A stretch of DNA of 64,000 bases. It comes from Octopus sinensis. Lineage: Eukaryota. The notes beneath the pieces are model-generated. The model was not told where the DNA came from, made no database searches, and saw only the letters and a program-made list of their open reading frames with translations. The stretch spans positions 48,360,001 through 48,424,000 of the forward strand of contig NC_043000.1 of the NCBI RefSeq assembly GCF_006345805.1, written 5' to 3'. Made by a program: the position numbers and the translations under genes. The stretch's first letter is position 1; each line of letters begins with the position of its first letter. Positions 52,615 through 64,000 of this stretch are shown piece after piece.

Positions 52615-53085
52615 ATAGCATCACCACCACCACCATCACCACAACCACCACCATCGCCACCATCCTTATCACTTTCATTGCCACCATCAGCATCTCACCA
52701 CTGCGATAACCATAACCACCACCACCACCACCACCATCATTATCACTGTCATTGCCGCCATCAGCAACCCACTACTGCGATCACTAACACCATCACCATC
52801 ATCGTTATCACTTTCATTGCTACCATCAGCATCCCACCACTGCGATCACCAACACCATCACCATAACCATAACCACCACCACCACTGCTGTCGCCACCAC
52901 CACCACCATCACCATCATTATCACTTTCATTGCCACCAACACCATCTCCCCACTATGATCACCAACACCATCACCATCATCAACATCACGATCACAACTA
53001 TGACTACCACTATCACCACCGCCATCACCACTACCACCACAATCACTTCTACTGCCACTGCCAACAGCAACAACTAAAACAACAA
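52615..53085. repeat. (CAC/CAT)-derived minisatellite with ~60-70-bp higher-order units
   Basis: TTATCACT(T/G)TCATTGC(C/T)(A/G)CCA recurs at about 52666, 52740, 52806 and 52918. Confidence 0.9.
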
Positions 53086-53519
53086 AACACTTAAAGAAAG
53101 TTGGTTTGTAATTGTGCACCTGAGAATTTTTCAGCAAACTATGTAATTGCATTCTTCTCTGACATACAGTTGATGTGCATCACTTCTTGTGTTCTTCTCC
53201 ACATCATTACAAAACTAAATATCATTGAAGATACCTTTATTCTGTAGCTTGACCTGCTAAACATAGCAGCAAAATCTCCTTAAAAATCACGATTTACTGC
53301 CTTAAATGTATAAGGATACGTTGGATATAGATATCTAAAAAAATAGGCATTGATGGAAAGTTTTTGATCCTACATTTGCTTGATCAGGGCTGACCTGGGG
53401 CTAAACAATAGGAATAATAATGAAAGGTTTTTCAAAATTAAATTCCATTCAATAACAAAAAAATAGTTTTAAACCTAGAATGAACTATGTTTCACACATA
53501 AATACATACATAAATATAT

Positions 53520-53569
<50 letters not shown>

Positions 53570-54559
53570 GTATATATAAATAAAAATAAATATATAAAAA
53601 CATATATATATATACACTCTTACACATATTCCTATTCACTTCATACTTCTGAGAGTGTATAAAAAAGAAAGAAAGGGAAAAACGCATGTCAAATAATCGA
53701 AATTATTCTTAGATTTTGGGGGGTTTTCACATTGATGCATTAACAGATTTGAAAATAAATTGATGTAACATGGAAGAAATACTGAAAGAAAATAGATCAG
53801 GACATGTCTATGAAAGTATCAGTTTCTAATAGATTGCTTTCCACGTACATTTAATCAATATTGGTTGTGTGTGAAATTAATTGAAATTTGAAAATAAAAA
53901 CAAGAAAAAAAAAATTGAATGATTTTTATGAGGAGGCATACATCAAAACTAATCTGTGCTTTCTGTTTCAAACAGAGATAAGTTGACATCATGTTTTGCA
54001 ATAATGCTCATGGTTTAAACATAATTTTGTGGTTAAAAATAATGAGATAATCTTCTAATTATTTAGTGTTTCGTTTGAAAAAGTGTTGGTAAAGGGTTGA
54101 TTTAGTGTTGACATAGCGATGCTTAATGGCATCTTAATAATATTCGTTGAACGAGCTACCATTATCTTTAAGAATTAACAATTCTATGTTTCAAATATTT
54201 AGAATAGAATAACCTACAGGAAGCTTTGCAGTATCGATTTATAGGCTTCATACCTTATTTGTCTTCTTGATGTAACATATAATGATTATTAAATGGGAAA
54301 TTACGAGTTGAAACAAAAGAAACAATTATTTGTTTTAACTCTGTATTTAATTATATTTTTATCTGATGTCATTTTCATGACAAAGAGTTATATAAAAGAC
54401 ATAATTCTATAATGATATGTTATTGAGATATTACTAAAACCAGACGAAAGAGGGAGAAGTATTATTATGACTCTGTTTGAAGAATTTGAGAAGTTAACAA
54501 TATTTTTTTAATTTTAATTTTTATATTTTTCTTTGTCATGGTTTGTTCTGGAGGGCTAG

Positions 54560-56045
54560 AGCTGATGTGCTCAGGTTCTTATGAGATCCTCTGAGCCAAA
54601 TGAGAGAAACTTGGTTAATACTCCTCTTAAACAGCAACTGATGGCTGTAGGAAAATATGTGCTCGAAGGAAAATCCAAAGGGTTGATTGATGTAGAACGG
54701 GAGGAATAGTGGAAGTGGTTAATACAGAAATAAGGGAGCAGAAGAAGAATCAGGATGGATAACAAGAGAAGAATAGATGAGTGGGGCAGGAGTATCTGTA
54801 TGAGGGTGATATGTCATGAGACCAATCAGCTTTGGCAATAGTGATGGTAGAAAAGGAGAGAAAGGAAACAGTTTGTCTGTGAGCCAAAAGTTGCAGTGGA
54901 GTTTGAAAAGGATCAACTTTGCCCAGCTAGTCAAGTTGCCTTTCAATGGATGTAATCTTGGATGTGTGTGCGTGTGTGTGTGTGGTGGGGGATGTAGCAC
55001 CAGCACTGTGCCAGATGTAGGTACAATACTCAGTTGTGGATTTTATCAGAGGCTTAAAGATTCTTAGAAGCTGATGCATTTTCTGGTTCTGAAGATGGAG
55101 GTCAGACTTTCTCATGTAGTTATAGCTATGTTGATGGTGCATGTTTGCTAGGAGAGATTTTTAAGTGATCATGAATCATAGCATTTTTAATGGGCTTGAA
55201 ATATCAATTTATATGTTAATCATGTTTACGGATAGGGCTCTTGATAATGAGTTCTTGATATAGTAGGTGTAGGGGTGGCTGTGTGGTAAGTAGCTTGCTT
55301 ATGAACCTCATGGTTCCGGGTTCAGTCCCACTGTGTGGCACCTTGGGCAAGTGTCTTCTACTATAGCCTCAGGCCAACCAAAGCTTTGTGAGTGGATTTG
55401 GTAGACGGAAACTGAAAGAAGCCCATCGTATACATGTATGTGTGTGTATATGTTTGTGTGTCTGTGTTTGTCCCCACCAAGATCACTTGTCAACCGATGC
55501 TGGTGTGTTTACGTCCCCGTAACTTAGTGGTTCGGCAAAAGAGACAGATAGAATAAGTTCTAGGCTTACAAAGAATAAGTCCTGGGGTTGATTTGCTCAA
55601 TTAAAGATGGTGCTCCAGCATGGTCACAGTCAAATGACTGAAACCAGTAAAAGAATAAAAGAGTATATGTTGTAACTGTGCTTTTGTTCTTGATATGTAT
55701 TGTGATGCTGAAGGAAACCATTACCATGAATGCAGTGGAAAAAATGTTTATGAGGTCTTTAATTATGACATTAGTATAGTTCTTTTTAGCATCATGATTG
55801 AATGTGAATGAAGCTTGATTATTAAAGGTTAGTGATGAATGAAAAGTGGTATCATCTGTACAGAAGTGAGCATTGTTGGTAGTGGTGACAAGCAGGCAAT
55901 TGATATATACAGGGATATGTATTGAGAATGAAACCAAATCCTGGGACCCGCCACAGCTGACTGAGTGTGGTTCAGGGTGAGTTCCATCAACATACCTTAT
56001 GAAGGTGTGATCTTTCCAAGAAGCAAGATCTATGAATCCCATACG
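54560..56045 (-). mobile_element. CR1/L2-group LINE RT fragment interrupted by a family A SINE
   Basis: WKDHTFIRYVDG...VSCGGSQDLV...YINCL...HFCTDDT corresponds to the GVPQGS and YADD regions; LLRIFKPLIKSTTEYCTYIW follows after the SINE. Confidence 0.82.
55268..55665 (+). mobile_element. SINE family A, full length
   Basis: Head to AAAAGAATAAAAGAG tail. Confidence 0.93.
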
Positions 56046-56269
56046 CTAACATTCTTTCCAAAAGATTACATGCTAGGCACAGACATTTGCTGATGTCTTC
56101 AACATCAGTACTGTTTTTATGAAATCTCTTGAAGATTAGAGCTTGTTAATGGGAGATATAAAAATGTAGGTCTCAAATATTTTTACCTTTATAACAAGTA
56201 TACTTGTTGTCATTAAACCTTTTGATACTGACTCACTCAAAACCACCCCTATGATACAAACTTCATGTT

Positions 56270-56493
56270 TTAACCCTTTCGTTACCAACTTGGCTGAAAC
56301 CGGCTCTGGCTCTGTAGTACAAATGCCTTGTTTTCATAAGTTTTGAAATAGAATCTTCCACCAAACCTTAGTCACATGTTCCTAATATTAGCTTAATGAT
56401 AACTAAGTTATTTCACGAAATTCTTTGTTATATTTAATGTAATTGAAAGAAACACAGAACCCCTCAAAATAAATTCAGTAACAAAAGGGTTAA
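56270..56493. mobile_element. piggyBac-like MITE family 2
   Basis: TTAA-CCCTTTCGTTAC ... GTAACAAAAGGG-TTAA; sister copy at 61353. Confidence 0.88.
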
Positions 56494-56495
56494 AG

Positions 56496-56747
56496 CAGAT
56501 GTTCCCAAACTTTTTTGGGTTGCTGCCCTCTTGACACCCAAGCCACATTCCTAGTGCTCCCACCCCAACTAACCATCATACACACAGACATCCTTCTGAA
56601 ACAAATTCAAAGCAATTGTATTTAACAAATAAAACTTAACTTAACCCATTATTTTGTTGCTTTTACATGAGCCACTACCCCATTATCACCTCACTTTTCT
56701 TCAAAACCCCCTTGGCGGAGCAATACCGCCCACTTTGGGAAACACTG
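56496..56747. mobile_element. hAT (Charlie-like) MITE
   Basis: CAGATGTTCCCAAAC ... TTTGGGAAACACTG termini; reconstructed 8-bp TSD TTTTAAAG/TTTTAATG. Confidence 0.75.
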
Positions 56748-56799
56748 TTTTAATGTGATCTTAACTGTAACTGTCCATCAAGACAAAAGACTGAGACAC

Positions 56800-57105
56800 T
56801 TGACACCTTGCTGTACTCAAGACGACCTGTACTCCGCAACACTGTTAAGGCTGCTCCCCTGGTGAAGAGTACTGTGCCAATGCCAGGCAAAAAGCATTTG
56901 TGCTGATGTCACATAAAAGTGCTCTTGGAGTGCCATGTAAAAGCACTTAGCACACTTTATAAAGTGGTTGGCATTAGGAAGGGAATCCAGCTGTAGAAAC
57001 CATACAAATTAGACCAGAGTCTGGGGCAGCTCTCCAGCTTGTCAGCTCTGGTCAAACCAGCCAACTCATGCCAGTGTGAAAAGCAAGCATTAAATGATGA
57101 TGATG
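56800..57105 (+). mobile_element. RTE-tailed SINE family C
   Basis: GTGCCATGTAAAAGCAC, GTGGTTGGCATTAGGAAGGG and (GAT)n tail. Confidence 0.8.
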
Positions 57106-57219
57106 ATGATGGTGGTGGTGGTAGTGGTGGTGGTGATGATGATCAAAATTTCATGTTAATGTACATTTCAAACTAGCATAATAATAACTAAAACTAGCTT
57201 AATAATTACTAAATATTTT

Positions 57220-57440
57220 AAGGCAGTGAGCTGGCAGAACCGTTAGGATGCCAGGTGAAATGGTTAGTGGCATTTCATCCGTCTTTATGTTCTGAGTTCA
57301 TATTCTACCGATGTCAGCTTTGCATTCCTTCTTTTGTGGGGTCAATAAGATAAGTACTAGTTGAACACTGGAGTTGATGTAATAGACTTACCTCCTTCCC
57401 TCGAAATTGCTGGCCTGTTCTGAGTTTGAAACCAATAATT
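57220..57440 (+). mobile_element. SINE family B, full length
   Basis: AAGGCAGTGAGCTGGCAGAACCGTTAG head to GAAATTGCTGGCC...TTTGAAACC tail. Confidence 0.85.
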
Positions 57441-60239
57441 ACTAAATTCTGCATGACTTTTAAAATTAGTAGAAAAAATACTAAACATAATTCAATAAAG
57501 ATATGGTTAAAAAGGGTTAAAAAATGAAGATTTAAGAGGATACAACGTTTGTTGTTACTGACTGATTTCATTACATTTGTACTTTCCTTCTGAGTTCAAA
57601 TCCAACTGTAATGTTTTTTTTTTTCAAAACCCCTGCAATCAATAAAATAAGTATGTGTATTATATTGATGATTGATTTTTTTTCTCTACCCTATAATTCT
57701 CTTGTTGTTTTGTCAAACAAAATCAATACAATGCTTTGAGGAATATATATTTTTGCTGTTGATATGAAATGCTTCAGAGTTGATATCACCAATAGAGCTT
57801 GTTAAAGGAAATTAGAATTTCATTGATAACTGTAAGGATTTGCTTATGGCCACAGAACTAACAGCATGAACCATCACTTGAGTAAACTATATGAGTTTTC
57901 AGAACGCAAAATCCTTTCATTGGTTAATAACTCTTTTGCAGATTGGCTTGTCACTTATCCTCTGATACAGCTAGAAGTATTACATAGATTTACTGAAGTA
58001 TTGTCTTTTACAACCCATCCTATTAGCTAATTAAATAGATCTTCTTAAATTAGATTCCAGAATCAGCAAAGAGTCATGGAGCAACATGCTAATGAATTTT
58101 TATGAGCTAAGATGAACAAAAAAAGATATTCAACAAATAATATATACATAATACACTGGTATGAAAAGAAATCTGTAAGATCGATGTTTATTTGCTAATA
58201 GTAACTACCACAACTCAGTTTACTAATTATTATTCTATAGCAGAGTGTGATATACTTGTGTAAAATAAAAAATATATATATAACCTGAATAAGAGGAGAA
58301 AATCTACTAGATTATTTCTGATTCATAATTTTATATTCCTCTTCTAAAATTTAGAATAATCTTATTATGAGTTTATCATTCATTAGCTTTCTTTTGATAT
58401 ATCTCTGCAGCTACTAATTAAACTAGATTAAAATGTCTTATGTAAGCATTATTCTGCAAACTGCAGTTTTGAAAACCTTTGGATAAAATATATATATTAT
58501 ATATATATATATATATAGCTAAAATCTAAAATCTAATTCAGTCAGTGGGAAAACAAAAATAAATAAATAAATAAACAAAATAAAGCCATGAGTTCACAGA
58601 CAAGTATTGGCAAAAATTGTATTATTGAAAATCTTTTTAAAGAAAGATAAAGCTACTGAATGAAATAGTATTAAAAATCAATGAATATTATGTTGTTGTT
58701 GTTGTTGTTGTTTTTTATATCAATCTTACAGCAGAAAAAAAAACCTAATGTAGTAACTGATTTTTACTATTAACCTTAATGAAACTGGAAGTTACTTCAA
58801 TATATTATATGGAATGTTGTTCTTTGACTGATGATTAGCTAGCAATGCAGAGTGGTATTAAGTTCCTTGTGGATGTGTACCATAAATTTCATTTCTTGTA
58901 CCTGAAATTTTTTAGCATCATCAATATTGTCTAGAAAGATAAGATGAGCCATGTTATGCGAGATTCCTTATCTCTGTGTGCACAAGGTGAAGATGAAGCT
59001 CTTGGCAGGGACCCAGTAATCCATTGAGGATTTGGTCATTTTTCTTTTTGTGTGTTCTGTGTTGGCTTAGTGACAAGCGCTGTTGAGAGAATAGTGAGAG
59101 CCAAGTAAATCTAGTTCATATATTGGTTTTAATTCCCAGTTACAGGCAATTCCTTATACCTAGGCAAACATATTCAACTTACCCATGGCTAATTATAAAA
59201 TTGTACAAGAATCAGATGCTAACAAACTGAACTTTTGCAATATTTATGGCAGTCAGAAGAAGTTTATAGTTTATTAGACTGTAGTGCTTAGTTCATGTAC
59301 ATATTTTTCTTAGAATTAGCTATGTGAGAAATATACATAGACTTTCTATGAACTTGTTTGAGCACCTATAACACTGTTGCACCAAAATCGATATGATGAG
59401 AGAAATGGATGAGTAGATGAAAGTTATTTACAAATCATATATTTTGGAATGATTTCTTAGAAACTGCAGGAGGTGAAAAACCAAACAAAATTTTTTTTTT
59501 TTTAAATGAAACATTTGTTATATTTAGATATTGTTTATAAGGTGTATAACTGAAGAGATTCTTTTTAATATCATTAGGAATGTAGCTTGCAGCTCTTTGT
59601 TCTTCAGTTCGGTGAGGTGCCTTAAATATTTTATTCTTCCTATTTAGTTAGGTGATTCAGCTTTGTGTGACTCAGGTTGATATGGAACAGAACTTAATTA
59701 TAATATCATGATATGGGGGTAAGAAAAAAAAAAAACTGAAAAAGGGAAAAGAACTGCTAACAATAATTTCAAAAATATTTTTTGTCTATTTTATATCTGA
59801 AAATACTTGTTGCTTGCAAAAAAAATTTTCTTTGATATATTTTCTTGAAGATATCACACACACAATTGTATTCAAAAAGACATGCACCAAAGCTCTCTGT
59901 AACAAACCCACATAGATAATATAACAACAAGAAGTTTATGCACATGTATAATGCAATTGAATATATTTTCGAAATGGTACAAACTAAAGTTGGATGGCAT
60001 GAAGCCAGTTATGTACAAAAGTAAATACAGTGGCAATGAAATTATTTACTGCTGAAAAGCATTTTGAGAATAAAGCTATATATATATAATATATATATAT
60101 ATATAGGATGCAGAACCAAAAATATATGCACACATACATTCACGCACGTAAACGTACGTGCATACACATACACACACACTTTCTCTCTCTCTCTCTCTCA
60201 CATACACACATACACAGACATATATATATATATATGAGT

Positions 60240-60285
<46 letters not shown>

Positions 60286-61352
60286 TACATACACATGCAT
60301 ATACAAACATGCATACACACATATACATATATAATAGAAAAAAAAGAAGAGCCACAAAGAATGAGTGAGAGAGAAATCGAGAGTGGTGAGAGAGAGAGAG
60401 AGAGAGAGTTAGACAAACAGACAGAAAAACAGACAGATGGAGCTAGTCAGTGATTTCATCATTTAAAGAGGTTGAAGTTTTTATCAACAAAACTAATTTA
60501 TATATCTGATAAAAATCCACTGAGCAGTAGATGCCAGAAACCGTTAAAGTTTAGAATCTCCACTAGATCAATAGCTGCTGCAATGTGTATTTGTTTGCTA
60601 ATTCAAATTCAAGAGAGAATGTAAGAGGAAGAGAGAAAGATCGAGAAGAAAAGGAAAGAGAAAAGACTGATTTGGATAACCATTTCACCATTTCTCAATG
60701 GTTCTTTTATTTATAATTCTTTTATAAATTAAAGAAGAGGGGATGGAAAAAGAAAAAAAACAAAAAGGCCTAAAAATTAAATCTAATCATTGAAAGATAC
60801 AAGAGTGAAAGATAAGCCTAGAGATTTAATAACAAAGTTAGCTACAGCATATGATAATAAGATAACCAGCTCTTCCGCTAGAAAAAAATAATATCATACT
60901 GATTTCATACAGTGCATAGTAGAGTGCCTTTGATTACTGGGTTTCTAGAATGCATCTGAAAGAAAGCCATTGGTCTGATCATCGATCAATAAACATTCCT
61001 TTACTGATAAAATGTATTCCTCTCTGACTCATACTTGTATTGTGTCTCCCTACACTGCTTCTTTATAACATTAAAAATTCTCCTTCAAAATTATCGAAAT
61101 TATATTACAAGTCATTATTCTAATGTCCTTGCACGAATATGAATATGAAAGGTTCGTATGCTTTCTTACAAAGAGAGTTATAGTACTAAAGAGTAAATGT
61201 CTGAATAGAATTTACAAGGAATTTCAAACTGGGAGATTTGGGTTTGAGTTTGTTGAATGGTAATTGAATATTTCAATATTCCCATAGCTTGGGCATACTA
61301 CTTTAGAGTCATAGTAACAAGGGTTTGTTTATATTAATAGAAGCTCAAATAT

Positions 61353-61580
61353 TTAACCCTTTTGTTACTAACCTGGCTGAAACCGACTCTGGCTCTGAGT
61401 ACAAATGTCTTGTTTTCATAAGTTTTGAATTAAAATCTTCCACCAAACCTTAGTCACAATTTATGTTCCTAACACTAGCTTAATGATAACTAAGTTATTT
61501 TACTAAATTCTTTGTTATAATTAAAGTAATTGAAAGAAACACAGAGTATCTCAACAGAAATATGGTAACAAAAGCGTTAA
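61353..61580. mobile_element. piggyBac-like MITE family 2
   Basis: TTAA-CCCTTTTGTTAC ... GTAACAAAAGCG-TTAA. Confidence 0.88.
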
Positions 61581-61722
61581 AGGGAAATGATATAATCAGT
61601 CAGTCATTTGTAGTATAAATCACTGATTCTGTGTTTGAACACAGCACGTAGTGATACAAGTATTCAAGCAGTGGAGGATATATAGCTTAAATGTATGTGT
61701 ATAACAGAAACTGAAAAGGTAC

Positions 61723-61768
<46 letters not shown>

Positions 61769-62277
61769 CATTGTGAAAAAAAATGATGTGTGAATGTGTA
61801 CTTCAAAGCCTATGTGCATGAGTGGCTGATATTAACAATACTTTGATAACTTGCCCATTATTTCAATGTCTCTGATTAGGATTTAATGTAGATTATTTAC
61901 AGGGTACATTAAAGTTAAAGCCACATAGTTAGCAATAGGATCAAGGTATTTATTCAATCCAAACCTAATCTAACTTTACTTGCAATAATTCTGAAAATGT
62001 CTATCATTTGGGAGTAAAGTCGTTTCATCTTACACTTAAGTGTTATGTAAATATAAATGCATATCTAACGTCCTTAATAGCTTTATTATAAGGCAACGAC
62101 TGTCTGTGAATAGCCTTTGTTTTATGTCATTAATTGGATGAGAAACAAAACCAAAACTCTCTCCAGGCTATCTCGAGTAACGTATAGTACCTGATTCTGA
62201 CAACATGATACAACCAAGCAAATACTCTGTAGAATTAAGTCTACTCATAGCCAGATACATATACATACATACACTAG

Positions 62278-62392
<115 letters not shown>

Positions 62393-62780
62393 GGCGCAGG
62401 AGTGGCTGTGTGGTAAGTAGCTTGCATACCAAGCACATGGCTCCGGGTTCAGTCCCACTGTGTGACACCTTGGGCAAGTGTCTTCTACTATAGCCTTGGG
62501 CGGACCAAAGCCTTGTGAGTAGATTTGGTAGACAGAAACTGAAAGATGTCCGTCGTATATATGTATATATATGTGTGTGTGTTTGTGTGTCTGTATTTGC
62601 CCCCCCCCCAACTAGCTTGACAACCAATGCTTGTGTGTTTGCATTCCCGTCACTTAGCGGTTCGGCAAAAGAGACCAATAGAATAAGTACTAGGCTTACG
62701 AGGATTAAGTCCTGGGGGTCGATTTCCTCGACTTAAGGCGGTGCTCCAGCATGGCCGCAGTCAAATGACTGAAACAAGTA
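62393..62780 (+). mobile_element. SINE family A, full length, young
   Basis: GGCGCAGGAGTGGCTGTGTGGTAAG head; many CpGs retained. Confidence 0.95.
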
Positions 62781-62972
62781 TGCAGGTGAATATATATATA
62801 TACATGCATATGTACAGACATAATCTCACTTGTGTACAACCACACATGTGCAAACACATGCATACAGAAAATATAGAAAGGTTGCACAGTGGATTGAACT
62901 TAAGAGCTGAAATCAAGGATTATATGTTAACAGGTAGAGATTTTATGCACATGGAGAACTCACTTCTATATA

Positions 62973-63205
62973 TATTTCTTTACTACCCACAAGGGGCTAA
63001 ACATAGAGGGGACAAACAAGGACAGACAAAGGGATTAAGTCGATTACATCGACCTCAGTGCGAAACTGGTACTTTATTTATTGACCCCGAAAGGATGAAA
63101 GGCAAAGTCGACCTCGGCTGAATTTGAACTCGGAACGTAACGGCAGACGAAATACGGCTACGAATTTCGCCCGGCGTACTAACGTTTCTACCAGCTCGCC
63201 ACCTT
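62973..63205 (-). mobile_element. SINE family B, young, 10-bp TSD
   Basis: CTTCTATATA at 62963-62972 and 63203-63212. Confidence 0.93.
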
Positions 63206-63635
63206 CTATATAGTGGTGTTTTTTTACATGGGATACATGGTAAATATAATTTTGTTCTATAAATGGAGCACTAATCAAAGACGAACAAATGTAACCACCT
63301 CTTTGGAATACAGAAAGAAGTAAGCTAAATGAATTTAGATTTTGAAAAACACAGCATGAAAAAAAATAGCTGTAGGTTATTTACAAATTGATAGCTTATG
63401 CAGAATGTGAGTTAAATATTAACATAAGTGGGTAATTAAGACGAAGATGTGTAGAAGAAACTAGGGAAAAGTAGGTGTTTGAATTAGAAATTAACGGAAA
63501 GTTTAAAGGAAGAAATATAAAACAAAAGGACAACCAAGCAGCTGAAAAGATAGAGAAGTTTTACAAAATGATTAATAGATGAGTGGAAGAGAAACAGTAT
63601 ACATACAGACATACATACATACATGCATATATACA

Positions 63636-63709
<74 letters not shown>

Positions 63710-63779
63710 CAAAACAAGAACAAACATAATGAGAGGGACCTTTATATGTGCACATGTATGTTAGTGTGTTTGTGTATGC

Positions 63780-63893
63780 AGGTGAATATATATATATTTA
63801 TATATATGTATATATATATATGTGTATATATATGTGTATATATATATGTGTATATATATATGTTATATATATGTATATTTATATATGTATATG

Positions 63894-63927
<34 letters not shown>

Positions 63928-64000
63928 TGTATATTTATATATGTTATATATATATATATTATGTATATTTATATATGTATATATATATAATATATATATA
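63780..64000. repeat. Interrupted (TA)n array
   Basis: Seen directly. Confidence 0.97.

Noticed and set aside
58935-59027. KDKMSHVMRDSLSLCAQGEDEALGRDP as a plus-strand exon
   Set aside because: Short, weak acceptor and no homology recognised; expected by chance.

Overview
This is AT-rich, microsatellite-dense eukaryotic DNA. It is most likely intronic or intergenic sequence from an octopus (Octopus sp.), judged from my recall of its dominant SINE families rather than from a database search. I recognise no host protein-coding gene, rRNA, intact tRNA or CRISPR array. Nearly all listed ORFs are translations of microsatellites or decayed transposons. The window is a mosaic of at least four tRNA-derived or RTE-tailed SINE families, LINE fragments (Dong/R4 in (TAA)n, RTE, CR1/L2-like), two mariner derivatives, piggyBac- and hAT-type MITEs, a non-autonomous Helitron and a 112-bp solo-LTR-like insert. 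It also holds two back-to-back, near-perfect tandem duplications of 990 and 700 bp. The most interesting signal is a set of short (TA)n-flanked Penelope-like pLTR remnants carrying non-canonical minimal hammerhead ribozyme folds. One has a compensatory G3-C8 core swap and sits at the centre of a 119-bp foldback (43396-43654); another has U4C (24736-24770). SINE coordinates are approximate to roughly 10-20 nt.
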